A program made the translations under genes and the position numbers. From IMG/VR virus record IMGVR_UViG_3300010167_000003: DNA of 64,000 nucleotides; one strand, written 5' to 3'. Source of the DNA: a virus. Numbering within the stretch: the stretch's first letter is position 1; the number at the start of each line of letters is the position of its first letter. Below the pieces are notes generated by a model. The model was given only the letters and a program-made list of their open reading frames with translations. It was not told the origin of the DNA and did no database searches. Below, piece after piece: positions 35,401 through 43,639 of the stretch.

Positions 35401-35546
35401 ATGCCAACCAGCTTTACAGGTTTCAGCCATGCGACAGGCCGAACCCCGTCCCCTACTTTGAGGACGGCGTAAACCGAGTCGGGGACTCGGACTATTACAA
35501 GTTGCCCATTTTCTGGGATACCAATGGTAGTAGTAGTTGTAGGCAT
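32418..35546 (-). CDS. 1042-aa repetitive fibre/adhesin-like protein
   Basis: The N-terminus carries two (K/R)(V/I)GDG motifs. Three copies of an SPFGL.V.I....V...EGGS.NPLPP module are present. GNVERPVIPPPVEPEPDV occurs twice. Confidence 0.75.
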   Translation of the reverse strand: MPTTTTTIGIPENGQLVIVRVPDSVYAVLKVGDGVRPVAWLKPVKLVGINDDDFINNILSGVIPVKGHLHVDRTSSADFDILKIGDGKTDASALPPLLFAPSGAECDCKPEVEILIIGPQARVSIVSASVYTDALVVLDYDEWMDAEIDAYPVELPLMNNRHFRPHGLTVTVNGEIVWEEEGGSGIPLPPRPPPVIIPTGETWHETIDATLYHLVNIQFGDAKTVEDADETRTLTRHIEAPVETIVGAAPIPITRVGGTPPLPRNRVTVTTQAADLQNTVDITPLLETTPTVAPAAEVVELRLVHRAATANLTVITGAKGLENTVEIDPPISKVIEVVRDEASRAVIELDVLDNGLKAAVTYEVTGNVERPVIPPPVEPEPDVLVKLVHQPSEAIVTTSRDIVEAEAVETERMVYAPIATEITSEPVSGITIIADAPVANVTAEAFLPALGGIVEANITPDIETTTDVEGVDTIGGEGTLRQVVHAEVSVTRGTAEQEMTQIANIEHEIVTTDPALEEAKDIQLSLGGRVPSPFGLIVAIDLQIVHRQEGGSDNPLWPRQPLVVIHADETREVTVTAGIIFPAKINLIGVETAETVHAAGKCPVEIELPVSSTVSTILEPLVNVTTDMPPLPQAEWTINPEPDAHTVPVAEVDLPVDTKPVLEIVDGVGQTQTITSVASKFVISTEATTSEVGAQIDIPVSTTVEASVDDIPVSRSLNLLPGIKAALTVEVTGNVERPVIPPPVEPEPDVRVAILAPVAQNTVRTELDDVSTGADKALDIPITMDVAAVIDGDTPIIEAVIPQFGSRATVISIRERVQASADITPPLEAAPTAKVEDMPSIGKAITPLGVKVITQELTSPPVVIDVEYQMTEAIPTVVVTTQTKINSVQPSPFGLVVSINDEVVFEQDGGSGNPLPPTITPIEPPEDGLDVATDEPPLHKVTVVYTDDDIGAIDKDVKVAPNMTTVVEVEQCTQLHIEPDAPPQPETVVVTNDEPRTRGLDGAVTANLTSGVVIAVSPISRIVAEMEPPPDPKVTIEVKTSG
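33298..33350 (-). repeat. 53-bp exact direct repeat, copy 1
   Basis: Identical to 34399-34451 (acatcaggttccggttcgaccggcggcgggatgactgggcgctccacattgcc). Confidence 0.9.
34399..34451 (-). repeat. 53-bp exact direct repeat, copy 2
   Basis: Identical to 33298-33350, 1101 bp away and in the same reading frame. Confidence 0.9.
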
Positions 35547-35548
35547 GG

Positions 35549-35761
35549 TTATGGCTGGTCTATATCAACAACCGCAAACATACGACCCCATCGGCCATGA
35601 TAGCGCAGATAACCCCAGCTATCATCCGGCGGTTCAGCGAAGCCACCGCCTGATATTTCAGATAGCAGATGAACGGGAGTAACGCCGTCACCAAGTCTTA
35701 GGCCCGTTGGTGTTGCACCGGCATAAAATTGATTTTTCAAAGACGGGGTTTCGTCTGCCAT
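35549..35761 (-). CDS. 70-aa protein consisting mainly of a fibre N-terminal (Mtd_N-like) LGDGVTP motif
   Basis: ATG 35761 after AAGGAG. LRLGDGVTPVHLLSEI parallels LKIGDGTTPVSDLPEI of the 1447-aa fibre. Confidence 0.5.
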   Translation of the reverse strand: MADETPSLKNQFYAGATPTGLRLGDGVTPVHLLSEISGGGFAEPPDDSWGYLRYHGRWGRMFAVVDIDQP

Positions 35762-35806
35762 ACTCCACACGCTCCTTTGCAACACTCTCTAAAGAATAAC
35801 ATAATC

Positions 35807-36670
35807 CTATATAAAAAGCTGACAGTAACCGAAGGTGCCCCATGAAGAACCAGCGTCTTGCCCGAAGCGCCAGTATCTAAAGTTCTGTCCACCAGACCAC
35901 GTGCCGCGCACCAACTGGTGCTGATTTACCGCGCCAGTTGGGACCGAAACCAGTAGTGTAAAGTTCGCGTTGTCATTGGACGCAAGAATCTTGCCGTTTG
36001 TGTTGCCACCACCGCTTGCTGATATAAAGGACGCCTCGACAATACGACGTGAGGAGCCAAGGTCTATCGTCACCATACAGGGGCGGGAGGCAGAAGGGCC
36101 ATGACCAAAATGCAAGTAAGCGCGTTCGTGCCAACGGGTGATTGGTGGGGTTGGCTGCGCGTGCCACCTGAAGCAATGCCACCCAGCTGATACACCGTTT
36201 GCCAGTGTGAAATTCAGATTTACCACGAAGTTTATGCCGTTGTTGCCGGTTATGGTAAGCGTTCCGGGCACAGCCCATTGTGAGCCTATGCCATAAATGG
36301 AGCCAAGAACAGTAGTTCTAAGCGGCGATGGTGTTGTATCTGATGTCATTACAGCGAACGCAGCACGTGCAGGTGCCACCGAGGTCATCGTACTCATTGG
36401 CCGGATACTTATGGTGGCCGTACCTCCGGGCGCAATGGTAGTGCTGGATAATGCCGCGCTGATCTCGAAGTCCCTACCAGCGTAAAGGGATGTAATTGTT
36501 GCGGTTAGCCCTGTTATAGTCTGGTTGCCAGTGTTAGTAATGACGAATTGGCGTGCAGTCTGAGCCCCTTGCCCTGCATTTATAATGCCAAAGTTATGCG
36601 TAGTAGGGTTGATACTGGCAGAAAAGACCGGGGGCTGCTTCTTCCATAGTTTCATTATCTTGTTCTGCAT
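35807..36670 (-). CDS. Ig-like (ASH/HYDIN-type) plus discoidin-like domain protein
   Basis: The N-terminal region FGIINAGQGAQTARQFVITNTGNQTITGL...APGGTATISIRP looks Ig-like. The C-terminal FRYWRFGQDAGSSWGTFGYCQLFI matches the lectin family. Confidence 0.65.
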   Translation of the reverse strand: MQNKIMKLWKKQPPVFSASINPTTHNFGIINAGQGAQTARQFVITNTGNQTITGLTATITSLYAGRDFEISAALSSTTIAPGGTATISIRPMSTMTSVAPARAAFAVMTSDTTPSPLRTTVLGSIYGIGSQWAVPGTLTITGNNGINFVVNLNFTLANGVSAGWHCFRWHAQPTPPITRWHERAYLHFGHGPSASRPCMVTIDLGSSRRIVEASFISASGGGNTNGKILASNDNANFTLLVSVPTGAVNQHQLVRGTWSGGQNFRYWRFGQDAGSSWGTFGYCQLFI

Positions 36671-36674
36671 GTTA

Positions 36675-37178
36675 TTACGCCTTCTCTGCCCACATCTGCA
36701 CCATACTCAACCCACTCCACGAGCGGTTGCCTGAAAGTGGCGCGGTCTGGCTGAACCGCCAGTACCTAAACCTACGCGGGGTATCAGACTTCCACGTTGA
36801 CAGCTCTGCCGGATAGTAGTCTATCTGTGGGAACGCATGAATCCTAGTCCAAGTAGAACCATCATTAGAGGCGTCAATTATCATGTTTATCGGAAAGCCT
36901 CTAAGGGGGCTACCGTACTGAAGGTTTATTTCGTAAACGTCTACCTCTTTGCCAAGGTCTATCTGCCACCATGTAGGCGGCCAATCAGGAGGACCAGAGC
37001 CCCACTCCGCTCCGGGAACCTCGCCCCATGTAAACGGGAACCAAGGGTGCATGTTCAAATATCCAGATGTGTAACTGGCCGTTACTCTTTGCGGTGCTGG
37101 AGTGTTCCACCCTGTCATGGGTAGGAACGCTCTTAGTCGCTCACGTGGTTTCCACAGTCCCAATACTTTGGTGAACAC
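36675..37178 (-). CDS. stand-alone discoidin (F5/8 type C)-like domain protein
   Basis: WWQIDLGKEVDVYEINLQ...ASNDGSTWTRI...RFRYWRF...LSMVQMW. Confidence 0.65.
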   Translation of the reverse strand: MFTKVLGLWKPRERLRAFLPMTGWNTPAPQRVTASYTSGYLNMHPWFPFTWGEVPGAEWGSGPPDWPPTWWQIDLGKEVDVYEINLQYGSPLRGFPINMIIDASNDGSTWTRIHAFPQIDYYPAELSTWKSDTPRRFRYWRFSQTAPLSGNRSWSGLSMVQMWAEKA

Positions 37179-37179
37179 T

Positions 37180-38265
37180 TTAGACTCCCGTTATACGGAC
37201 GAACCCATGTCCAGAGTTGCCGACTATGTTACCGGCTCCCCTTGGATTGGGCATGGAATTTCTACCGTCAATCATGATAGTTTCAGTGAACACAAGATTC
37301 GAGTAGTGAGTAGGGTTGTTTCTATGAGTACCGTCTTCATTTACAGCGTTGCACCCTGCATGGCCGGATATGAAAGACGAGCCACCGCCGCCGGTTACAG
37401 CCAAAGCGAAAACTCCCCCTATAGTAGCTGACGCATGGGCTCCACCACCGCCGCCATACCACCCCCCGCCGCCACCGGCGGCTATGAACGGACTGTTGAC
37501 TTGGTTGAAGTGACCGCCTCTTCCAAACACACCTGGGTTGCCATACGTTGTAGTTCCGAGTCTATTAACACCACCAGCGTTTTGCTTACCACCTATGTCG
37601 GTGTTGACAGTACAAAGAGTAGCGTTGTCTACTCCCGTGGGGGACCAGCCATAAGTGGAAATTACACCACCGTTTAAGTTTCCACCTACTCCACCATATC
37701 CTCCGGTGTTGGTGCCGTCAAAGTTGTAGTAAGACCCGCCACCGGCTCCGGCAACCATAATTCTGGAGCGTAGAGAGACAGCGTTATCCCACGCTCCACC
37801 GACTAATCGTATGTCTGTTGCCCCACCGCCAGAGCTAACCCTATTACCCCACCAAGACACGGTTCCACACATACCGCCACCGTTCCAGCCAACAGAATTA
37901 GCAGTATTGTTCCCTGCCTCGCCGACGTATATGTACAAAGTGACAGGCTGGGATAGTGTCAAGATGCCGGAGGTATAACCACCCTTTGCCATGATTGTTG
38001 TTCCAGCAGGTATACCTCCACGAGCACCCCAACACTCTATTCTGTATCTACCGGGTGGTAGGACCACCTCTCGTGGCGCTCCGGTGTAATCAAACTCAAC
38101 TGGCTCAAAAGGCGGGATAGTAACAGGAGGCCAAAACGTGTGAGCCACACCATTGGCCTCTATGTACCCGGCTTTTAATTTACGAGCTACACCGCCGACC
38201 TCGACGTACCCCGTCTTTAGTTGGCGTGCAACGCCGTTGACTTCTACGAGTGCACCCTTTGGCAT
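37180..38265 (-). CDS. glycine-rich-domain fibre protein
   Basis: N-terminal NGVARQLKTGYVEVGGVARKLKAGYIEANGVA repeats. These are followed by GARGG, GGYTSG, WNGGG, GGGATDIRL and AGAGGG blocks typical of the phage glycine-rich domain. Confidence 0.7.
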   Translation of the reverse strand: MPKGALVEVNGVARQLKTGYVEVGGVARKLKAGYIEANGVAHTFWPPVTIPPFEPVEFDYTGAPREVVLPPGRYRIECWGARGGIPAGTTIMAKGGYTSGILTLSQPVTLYIYVGEAGNNTANSVGWNGGGMCGTVSWWGNRVSSGGGATDIRLVGGAWDNAVSLRSRIMVAGAGGGSYYNFDGTNTGGYGGVGGNLNGGVISTYGWSPTGVDNATLCTVNTDIGGKQNAGGVNRLGTTTYGNPGVFGRGGHFNQVNSPFIAAGGGGGWYGGGGGAHASATIGGVFALAVTGGGGSSFISGHAGCNAVNEDGTHRNNPTHYSNLVFTETIMIDGRNSMPNPRGAGNIVGNSGHGFVRITGV

Positions 38266-41200
38266 TATTCATACACCAAATATATTGTGCCCGGTGGCAA
38301 AGGAGATACACCTGCCTCCAGGTCCGTTGCGGATATGACAATGTTATACTTCGCTTTCGTTTCTATACTTATTATGCCTTTATCATCAACTTCACCACTA
38401 CCAGTCACATCACCAGTTAGTTCAACTGCGGTGGCCGCAGAAATCCTACCTTTCCCACCACCGGTTGATACGATGGCTTTAACCTTGACATAGGTGTGTT
38501 GGCCGTTTACAGGGGAAATATCACGCAAAAACGTACCAGCGGTGGAATAAAGTTCCAATTCGCCGATGTGTACCATACCTGGGGTAGAAGGGTGCCCTGG
38601 ATGAGCTATCCCCGTTATTGTTATACGATAAAAACGAAAGTTCCTGGGGGCAGTTACATGAAACTCTCCAATAGACTGTCCAGCCTCCGTACCAGTGACG
38701 TGCCCGATACCTTGGCGTTCATCCACTAACTCCCACGTATTACCATCGTTTGAACCCTGCAACTGCCAATCGCTTGGTGTAACCAGTCTATTTACATCAC
38801 CAGCATGGATCGTCCTGTTTCGTATTATGTACCTACCAACTGCATTAGGCTGTCCTAAGTCTATTTGTAACCATGCAAGCCCCACCTGATTTGAAAACGC
38901 ATTGTAATTAGAGAACCAACCATCATTAGTACCTGAGCTTGCCGCATTTCTATCGAAAGCTAGGAATGGCTGTACGGTGGATACTTGCACACCACTGGCT
39001 GAAGCCACAAATGGTGGTGGGGACGTGTTGCTTGTCATTGGAGGCACAATTAAGCCTTCCGGCCTTTGCACAACAGAACTCGTGCCCTCTAACTCAGGGA
39101 ACTCCTCTAAGTCAATCTCTTGGCCGTTCATCTTCATCCACATGCCATACGGGGTATAAACCTCGTCGTCCGTCCATCCAGTAACTTGCTGCCAGCCGAC
39201 TGGGAACCCGAATCCGGCGTCCGGCCTGATGGATTTGGCTTTAACATAAGTGAACTGTCCATTTACAGGGGAGATGTTACGTAGAATTATTCCACTGGGA
39301 CTATACAACTCTAATTGTCCAATAGACGCATTGCTTACAGATGTATCAGCAAGAACGAGTATGCGGTAAAAGCGATATGAAACACGTTCTGTATTAAATG
39401 TACGCAGTTCCCAGTTTGGAAGAGTCCATGTTACAGAAGATTGCCCATCAATTAAATCCCATGTTACAGCGTCATTCGATCCTAACAACTCCCACTCCGT
39501 TGGCGTTTGATTGGCACCGGCGGTATCTCCCCGCGTTCTGAGCCCATACCCCTGAATAGCTGTCGGCATACTGCAATCAACTTGTAACCAGTGAGGTCGA
39601 GCCGCTCCTAATAATGAGTGCCACGGTGTAGACGGTCTTTGTTGAGAGAAGGCGTGCCAAGCTGGGTAGCCCCCATGTGAACTAGAAGCACTTATTCTAA
39701 ACGGTGCGGGAGCTGTGTCACTCGTCATTGCAGGAGTGATAATATCCCCAGTTGCATGTACAACTGCGCTCGTGTCTATCAATTCTGGGTATTCCTCTGG
39801 GTCGAAGTCTTGGCCGTTCATCTTTAACCATATTCCATGATTGGTGTACACCACATCGTCGGTCCAAGCTGTAACTTGTTGCCAGCCGACGGGATAGTCT
39901 AGGGCATCTGCAATGATGGTCGGTGATCCATCCTCGCCATCAACCCCGTCACGACCGTCCCGGCCATCCTGACCGTCGGCACCATCTTGTCCATCTTTAC
40001 CATCGGCCCCGCGCTCTCCGTCCTTACCATCTTCGCCCTTCTCACCGTCTTTGCCTTGCACGACGAGATTGCCTTGGAAGTCCATCCACGCTTGGTCAAT
40101 AACAGGGTCTTCTTTTTTGGTGTACTTAATGATTACTTCATTCGACCACACCCGTGATCCTGAATGGTTTGTGTGAGTGCCAATCCTTAAAGATGGAGTT
40201 TCGATATTTAACGCAGCATTTAGAAAAGAGCCCCCATCTCCATACGAAAGTGGAACTCTGAATTGGCCCGGCTGAATATAAAAAGCACTTTCGATTTTGT
40301 AATCTTGTAAGTCTGCGTGTAGTAACCCAGTATCAGTGTAATCCCACGTGCTTACAGTGACACCCATGCGTGTTCTGTGGAATAATTTTTTATATACTCG
40401 TCGGCCATTCCACAATTCAGGGAAAGCTACTTCTTTGCCAACTTCAAGATTAGGTATAGGCCAGACTTTGTTAGCTAAGTCCTCCCTCATGAACTCGAAG
40501 TAAGCAATTAGATTTTCTTCGTGAGTCTCTGGTGTGTCTACAATCCCCTGCTGTTCAAGCCATAATTCAAATGGGGACTTGCCATCCTCGCCCTTTTCCC
40601 CATCTTCCCCATCCCGGCCATCCTTTCCATCAGCCCCATCCTGGCCGTCGGCTCCATCTTCCCCGTCTTTCCCATCCTCACCATCTTGACCGTCTTTGCC
40701 ATCGGCTCCGTCTTCGCCCTTTTCTCCATCCTTACCATCGGCTCCATCTTGGCCGTCTTTTCCGTCTTCACCTTTTTCGCCGTCTTTTCCATCTTTGCCA
40801 TCGACACCATCTTTGCCATCTTTGCCATCTTTGCCATCCTTACCGTGCAGACTGTCAAGGAAGTCTCCGAGGGTTCCTTCATTACCTTCCTCTAACCACA
40901 GTTCATATGCAGACTTGCCATCGGCTCCGTCCTTACCATCTACTCCGTCGCGGCCATCCTTGCCGTCTTCCCCATCCCGGCCATCTTTACCGTCGGCCCC
41001 GTCTTCGCCGTCGCGTCCGTCCTCGCCGTCACGCCCATCTAAGCCATCCCGACCATCGACTCCATCAATCCCGTCCCGGCCATCCTGTCCATCTTTCCCG
41101 TCTTTTCCATCTTTTCCATCTTTTCCAGGAGACCCGTCCCCAGTACCGGTCCCGCTCCCAGGGGTGTATCCCGGAGGGAATACGCCAATGATGTTTTCAT

Positions 41201-42608
41201 CTTGGGGCTCATCGAGGTCTACGAACGCCAAGCATATCCAAGCCTTGGCATTGAGGTATTCATCTGTAGGGCTGACAAATTTCAACGTGAACTTGTCCAG
41301 CCACACCTTCAGACTATCCAGTGATGACAGGACATAGTTGACCGTCTCGTGTGTACCATTGACGGCCCTCACGTAGCTGTCGGAGGAGGAAATCCATACC
41401 TCCAAGTTCCCGGCCAGCTTGGTGTCTACTTCCAACACTCTGTTGGCTAAGAGGGATACATTGGATATGTGGAGGAGCTTTTTATATACTTGCCGTCCCT
41501 CACGCCACTGATGCGTTGGGACAATTTCATCTATCTTCAGGTGCTCAACAGGGACAACGAACTGGCTGCGTGGGTCGGTGGGCTCCTCATCCATGTCGAT
41601 GAAGGCCACGCATATCCAAGCCTGCGCGGAGATGTACACGTCGGTAGGGCTGACGAGCTTGATGTCCAACTTGTCCAGCCATACGCGCAGCGCGTCCAGT
41701 GACGACAGCACAAAGTTGACTGTCTCGTGGTTGCCGTTGACGGCCTGTACGAAGGAATCCGACGTGGAAATCCACGCTGTAAGATTACCTGTAAGACCAG
41801 TCTTGACAAGCGTTTCTACGTTGGCAAGTGTGGATACGTTCGGTATATGAATGAGCTTCTTACGTACCGGTCGGCCATCTATATACTTCGGTGTGGTGAC
41901 GATCTCGCCGACTTTCAGGTGTTCTATGCTGGCGCTGGCACCATCTCTGCCCGGTTTACCTTCGGCACCATCTATACCGTGGAAACCATCCTGGCCGTCG
42001 CGTCCGTCTCTACCGTCCCGGCCATCCTGACCGTCGGCACCATCTTGTCCATCTTTGCCGTCCTTACCGTCTACTCCATCGCGCCCGTCTTTTCCATCCT
42101 TACCATCGGCCCCGTCTTCGCCCTTCGCACCATCTTTTCCATCTTTTCCATTGATGCCATTGGTGCCATTGATGCCGTCTTTCCCGTCCTTACCGTCAAC
42201 ACCATCTTTCCCATCTCGTCCTTCCAGGCTATCAAGGAAGTCTTGAAGTGTCCCGGTGTTGCCTTTCCCTAACCATAGCTCATAAGCCGACTTGCCATCG
42301 GCTCCATCTTCCCCGTCCTTACCATCAACACCGTCTTTGCCGTCGGTCCCATCTTTACCATCGACGCCATCTTTACCATCGGCTCCGTCTTGGCCGTCTT
42401 TACCATTCAGACTATCGAGCCATTCTTGCTCAGTACCTACAAAGCCATGTTCCACGGCCAACTCGTAGGCAGACTTTCCATCCCCACCAGACTCAGAACC
42501 AATTTCAGGTAGGTCACTGACTGGAGTTGTACCGTCTCCAATCTTCAGGACCTTCGGCTTATTTATTCGGTCGTAATACAGCTTGTCGCGTTCAGACGGA
42601 TTCGCCAT
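38265..42608 (-). CDS. 1447-aa collagen-like tail fibre with repeated globular and two discoidin-like domains
   Basis: N-terminal LKIGDGTTP motif. Three G-X-Y blocks and four SAYELWL-type modules. A duplicated ~115-aa domain. Two discoidin-like domains (39300-39744 and 38545-39055). Confidence 0.85.
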   Translation of the reverse strand: MANPSERDKLYYDRINKPKVLKIGDGTTPVSDLPEIGSESGGDGKSAYELAVEHGFVGTEQEWLDSLNGKDGQDGADGKDGVDGKDGTDGKDGVDGKDGEDGADGKSAYELWLGKGNTGTLQDFLDSLEGRDGKDGVDGKDGKDGINGTNGINGKDGKDGAKGEDGADGKDGKDGRDGVDGKDGKDGQDGADGQDGRDGRDGRDGQDGFHGIDGAEGKPGRDGASASIEHLKVGEIVTTPKYIDGRPVRKKLIHIPNVSTLANVETLVKTGLTGNLTAWISTSDSFVQAVNGNHETVNFVLSSLDALRVWLDKLDIKLVSPTDVYISAQAWICVAFIDMDEEPTDPRSQFVVPVEHLKIDEIVPTHQWREGRQVYKKLLHISNVSLLANRVLEVDTKLAGNLEVWISSSDSYVRAVNGTHETVNYVLSSLDSLKVWLDKFTLKFVSPTDEYLNAKAWICLAFVDLDEPQDENIIGVFPPGYTPGSGTGTGDGSPGKDGKDGKDGKDGQDGRDGIDGVDGRDGLDGRDGEDGRDGEDGADGKDGRDGEDGKDGRDGVDGKDGADGKSAYELWLEEGNEGTLGDFLDSLHGKDGKDGKDGKDGVDGKDGKDGEKGEDGKDGQDGADGKDGEKGEDGADGKDGQDGEDGKDGEDGADGQDGADGKDGRDGEDGEKGEDGKSPFELWLEQQGIVDTPETHEENLIAYFEFMREDLANKVWPIPNLEVGKEVAFPELWNGRRVYKKLFHRTRMGVTVSTWDYTDTGLLHADLQDYKIESAFYIQPGQFRVPLSYGDGGSFLNAALNIETPSLRIGTHTNHSGSRVWSNEVIIKYTKKEDPVIDQAWMDFQGNLVVQGKDGEKGEDGKDGERGADGKDGQDGADGQDGRDGRDGVDGEDGSPTIIADALDYPVGWQQVTAWTDDVVYTNHGIWLKMNGQDFDPEEYPELIDTSAVVHATGDIITPAMTSDTAPAPFRISASSSHGGYPAWHAFSQQRPSTPWHSLLGAARPHWLQVDCSMPTAIQGYGLRTRGDTAGANQTPTEWELLGSNDAVTWDLIDGQSSVTWTLPNWELRTFNTERVSYRFYRILVLADTSVSNASIGQLELYSPSGIILRNISPVNGQFTYVKAKSIRPDAGFGFPVGWQQVTGWTDDEVYTPYGMWMKMNGQEIDLEEFPELEGTSSVVQRPEGLIVPPMTSNTSPPPFVASASGVQVSTVQPFLAFDRNAASSGTNDGWFSNYNAFSNQVGLAWLQIDLGQPNAVGRYIIRNRTIHAGDVNRLVTPSDWQLQGSNDGNTWELVDERQGIGHVTGTEAGQSIGEFHVTAPRNFRFYRITITGIAHPGHPSTPGMVHIGELELYSTAGTFLRDISPVNGQHTYVKVKAIVSTGGGKGRISAATAVELTGDVTGSGEVDDKGIISIETKAKYNIVISATDLEAGVSPLPPGTIYLVYE
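39925..40054 (-). repeat. collagen-like G-X-Y coding repeats, block C
   Basis: GKDGEKGEDGKDGERGADG...GEDGS. Coordinates are approximate. Confidence 0.8.
40580..41160 (-). repeat. collagen-like G-X-Y coding repeats, block B
   Basis: GSPGKDGKDGKDG...GEDGKS, interrupted by one SAYELWL module. Coordinates are approximate. Confidence 0.8.
41940..42404 (-). repeat. collagen-like G-X-Y coding repeats, block A
   Basis: GKDGQDGADGKDG... runs interrupted by one SAYELWL module. Coordinates are approximate. Confidence 0.8.
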
Positions 42609-42682
42609 GTCATCACCTTATTCTGGTCTTTACTTCTCCACTATTAGACGCCAACATCTTAACTTATATTACTGGTAGACAG

Positions 42683-43210
42683 TTACCCAGGTGTGGGCAT
42701 CCAGAGTCTAAATGACCCGACATTACCCCACCCATTCCCCGCCGCTGCATGAAATCGCCAGTACCGATACTTGGGAAATGGTTGGTCAAATCGGATAACC
42801 TCTGTTCTCATACCACCACCCCATGACTGACGGTGCAGCTCAACAAAATTAGTTCCGTCATTGGATGCGGCTATTGCAGTTGTTATAACAAAACTAGACC
42901 CTACAGTGCCATTTGAACTCGTTATACCAGCTGCGCAAATAGTTTTTTCCACGCCTAAATCCATCTGACACCACCACGGTGGACTACCAGCGGGGTGGGA
43001 GGCCGTGTAGTGATCCACCCATTGAAACCCATTCCACCACTGTTGGCCGGTCCACGGAGTGAAATTTCCAGTAACCAAATAAGGAGCAGGTGCGTTATTG
43101 GCGGTCATAGTTGGAAACGCAGGCCATCCTTCTTCATACGGTGGCGGTTCCTCCACTTTGGGCCTCCAGCACCTTAGTTTACAAAGTATTGGACACAGTA
43201 AGTTTGCCAC
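42683..43210 (-). CDS. stand-alone discoidin-like domain protein
   Basis: PTMTANNAPAPY...WWCQMDLGVEKTICAAGI...ASNDGTNFVEL...YRYWRF...FRLW. The start is uncertain (GTG 43210). Confidence 0.6.
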   Translation of the reverse strand: MANLLCPILCKLRCWRPKVEEPPPYEEGWPAFPTMTANNAPAPYLVTGNFTPWTGQQWWNGFQWVDHYTASHPAGSPPWWCQMDLGVEKTICAAGITSSNGTVGSSFVITTAIAASNDGTNFVELHRQSWGGGMRTEVIRFDQPFPKYRYWRFHAAAGNGWGNVGSFRLWMPTPG

Positions 43211-43223
43211 AGTACCGACTCTC

Positions 43224-43628
43224 TTATGGCTTCAGGCTCTTTAGCTCTGTACGTAGGTTTACGGCTTCATTTTCCAAGGCAGTCAAGATATGCTCGTCCT
43301 CTTCAGCGTTTTTAGTCGCCCTAACAGCACGCAAGCATCTTAAAGATAACCGATCTATTTCTTCAAGTCTGCACTTAATCTCATTGGCACGGTAGGCTCT
43401 ACCACCGTGTGAATTATCAATAGCATCCTGCGCCAAGTGTTTAACTATATCCAACGCTTGTTCATCGGTGTAGGGGCTGATACTATCGTATTGGAAATAT
43501 GTAATGGCCTGTGTTTCTTCACATATCACCAGCCCGACCGCGCCACGGATACCCCTTAGCCTAATAATGTCCTCAGCGGGTAGCCCATTGATAGGTGATT
43601 TTTTGTCCCATAATTTTGCAGTAAACAT
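43224..43628 (-). CDS. hypothetical protein (possible fibre chaperone by position only)
   Basis: ATG 43628 after AAGGAG. 134 aa. Confidence 0.55.
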   Translation of the reverse strand: MFTAKLWDKKSPINGLPAEDIIRLRGIRGAVGLVICEETQAITYFQYDSISPYTDEQALDIVKHLAQDAIDNSHGGRAYRANEIKCRLEEIDRLSLRCLRAVRATKNAEEDEHILTALENEAVNLRTELKSLKP

Positions 43629-43639
43629 ACTATCTCTCC

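Noticed and set aside
40532-41337. Plus-strand ORFs of 213-219 aa rich in PS/HL repeats (also 42055-42246)
   Set aside because: These are antisense or alternative-frame readings of the collagen G-X-Y coding repeats. The periodicity comes from the minus-strand gene.
35807-43210. Diversity-generating retroelement acting on the lectin-like domains
   Set aside because: The window has no reverse-transcriptase ORF (no YxDD-type motif in a plausible gene). I also found no near-identical template/variable repeat pair with adenine-specific differences. The paralogous domains are diverged throughout.
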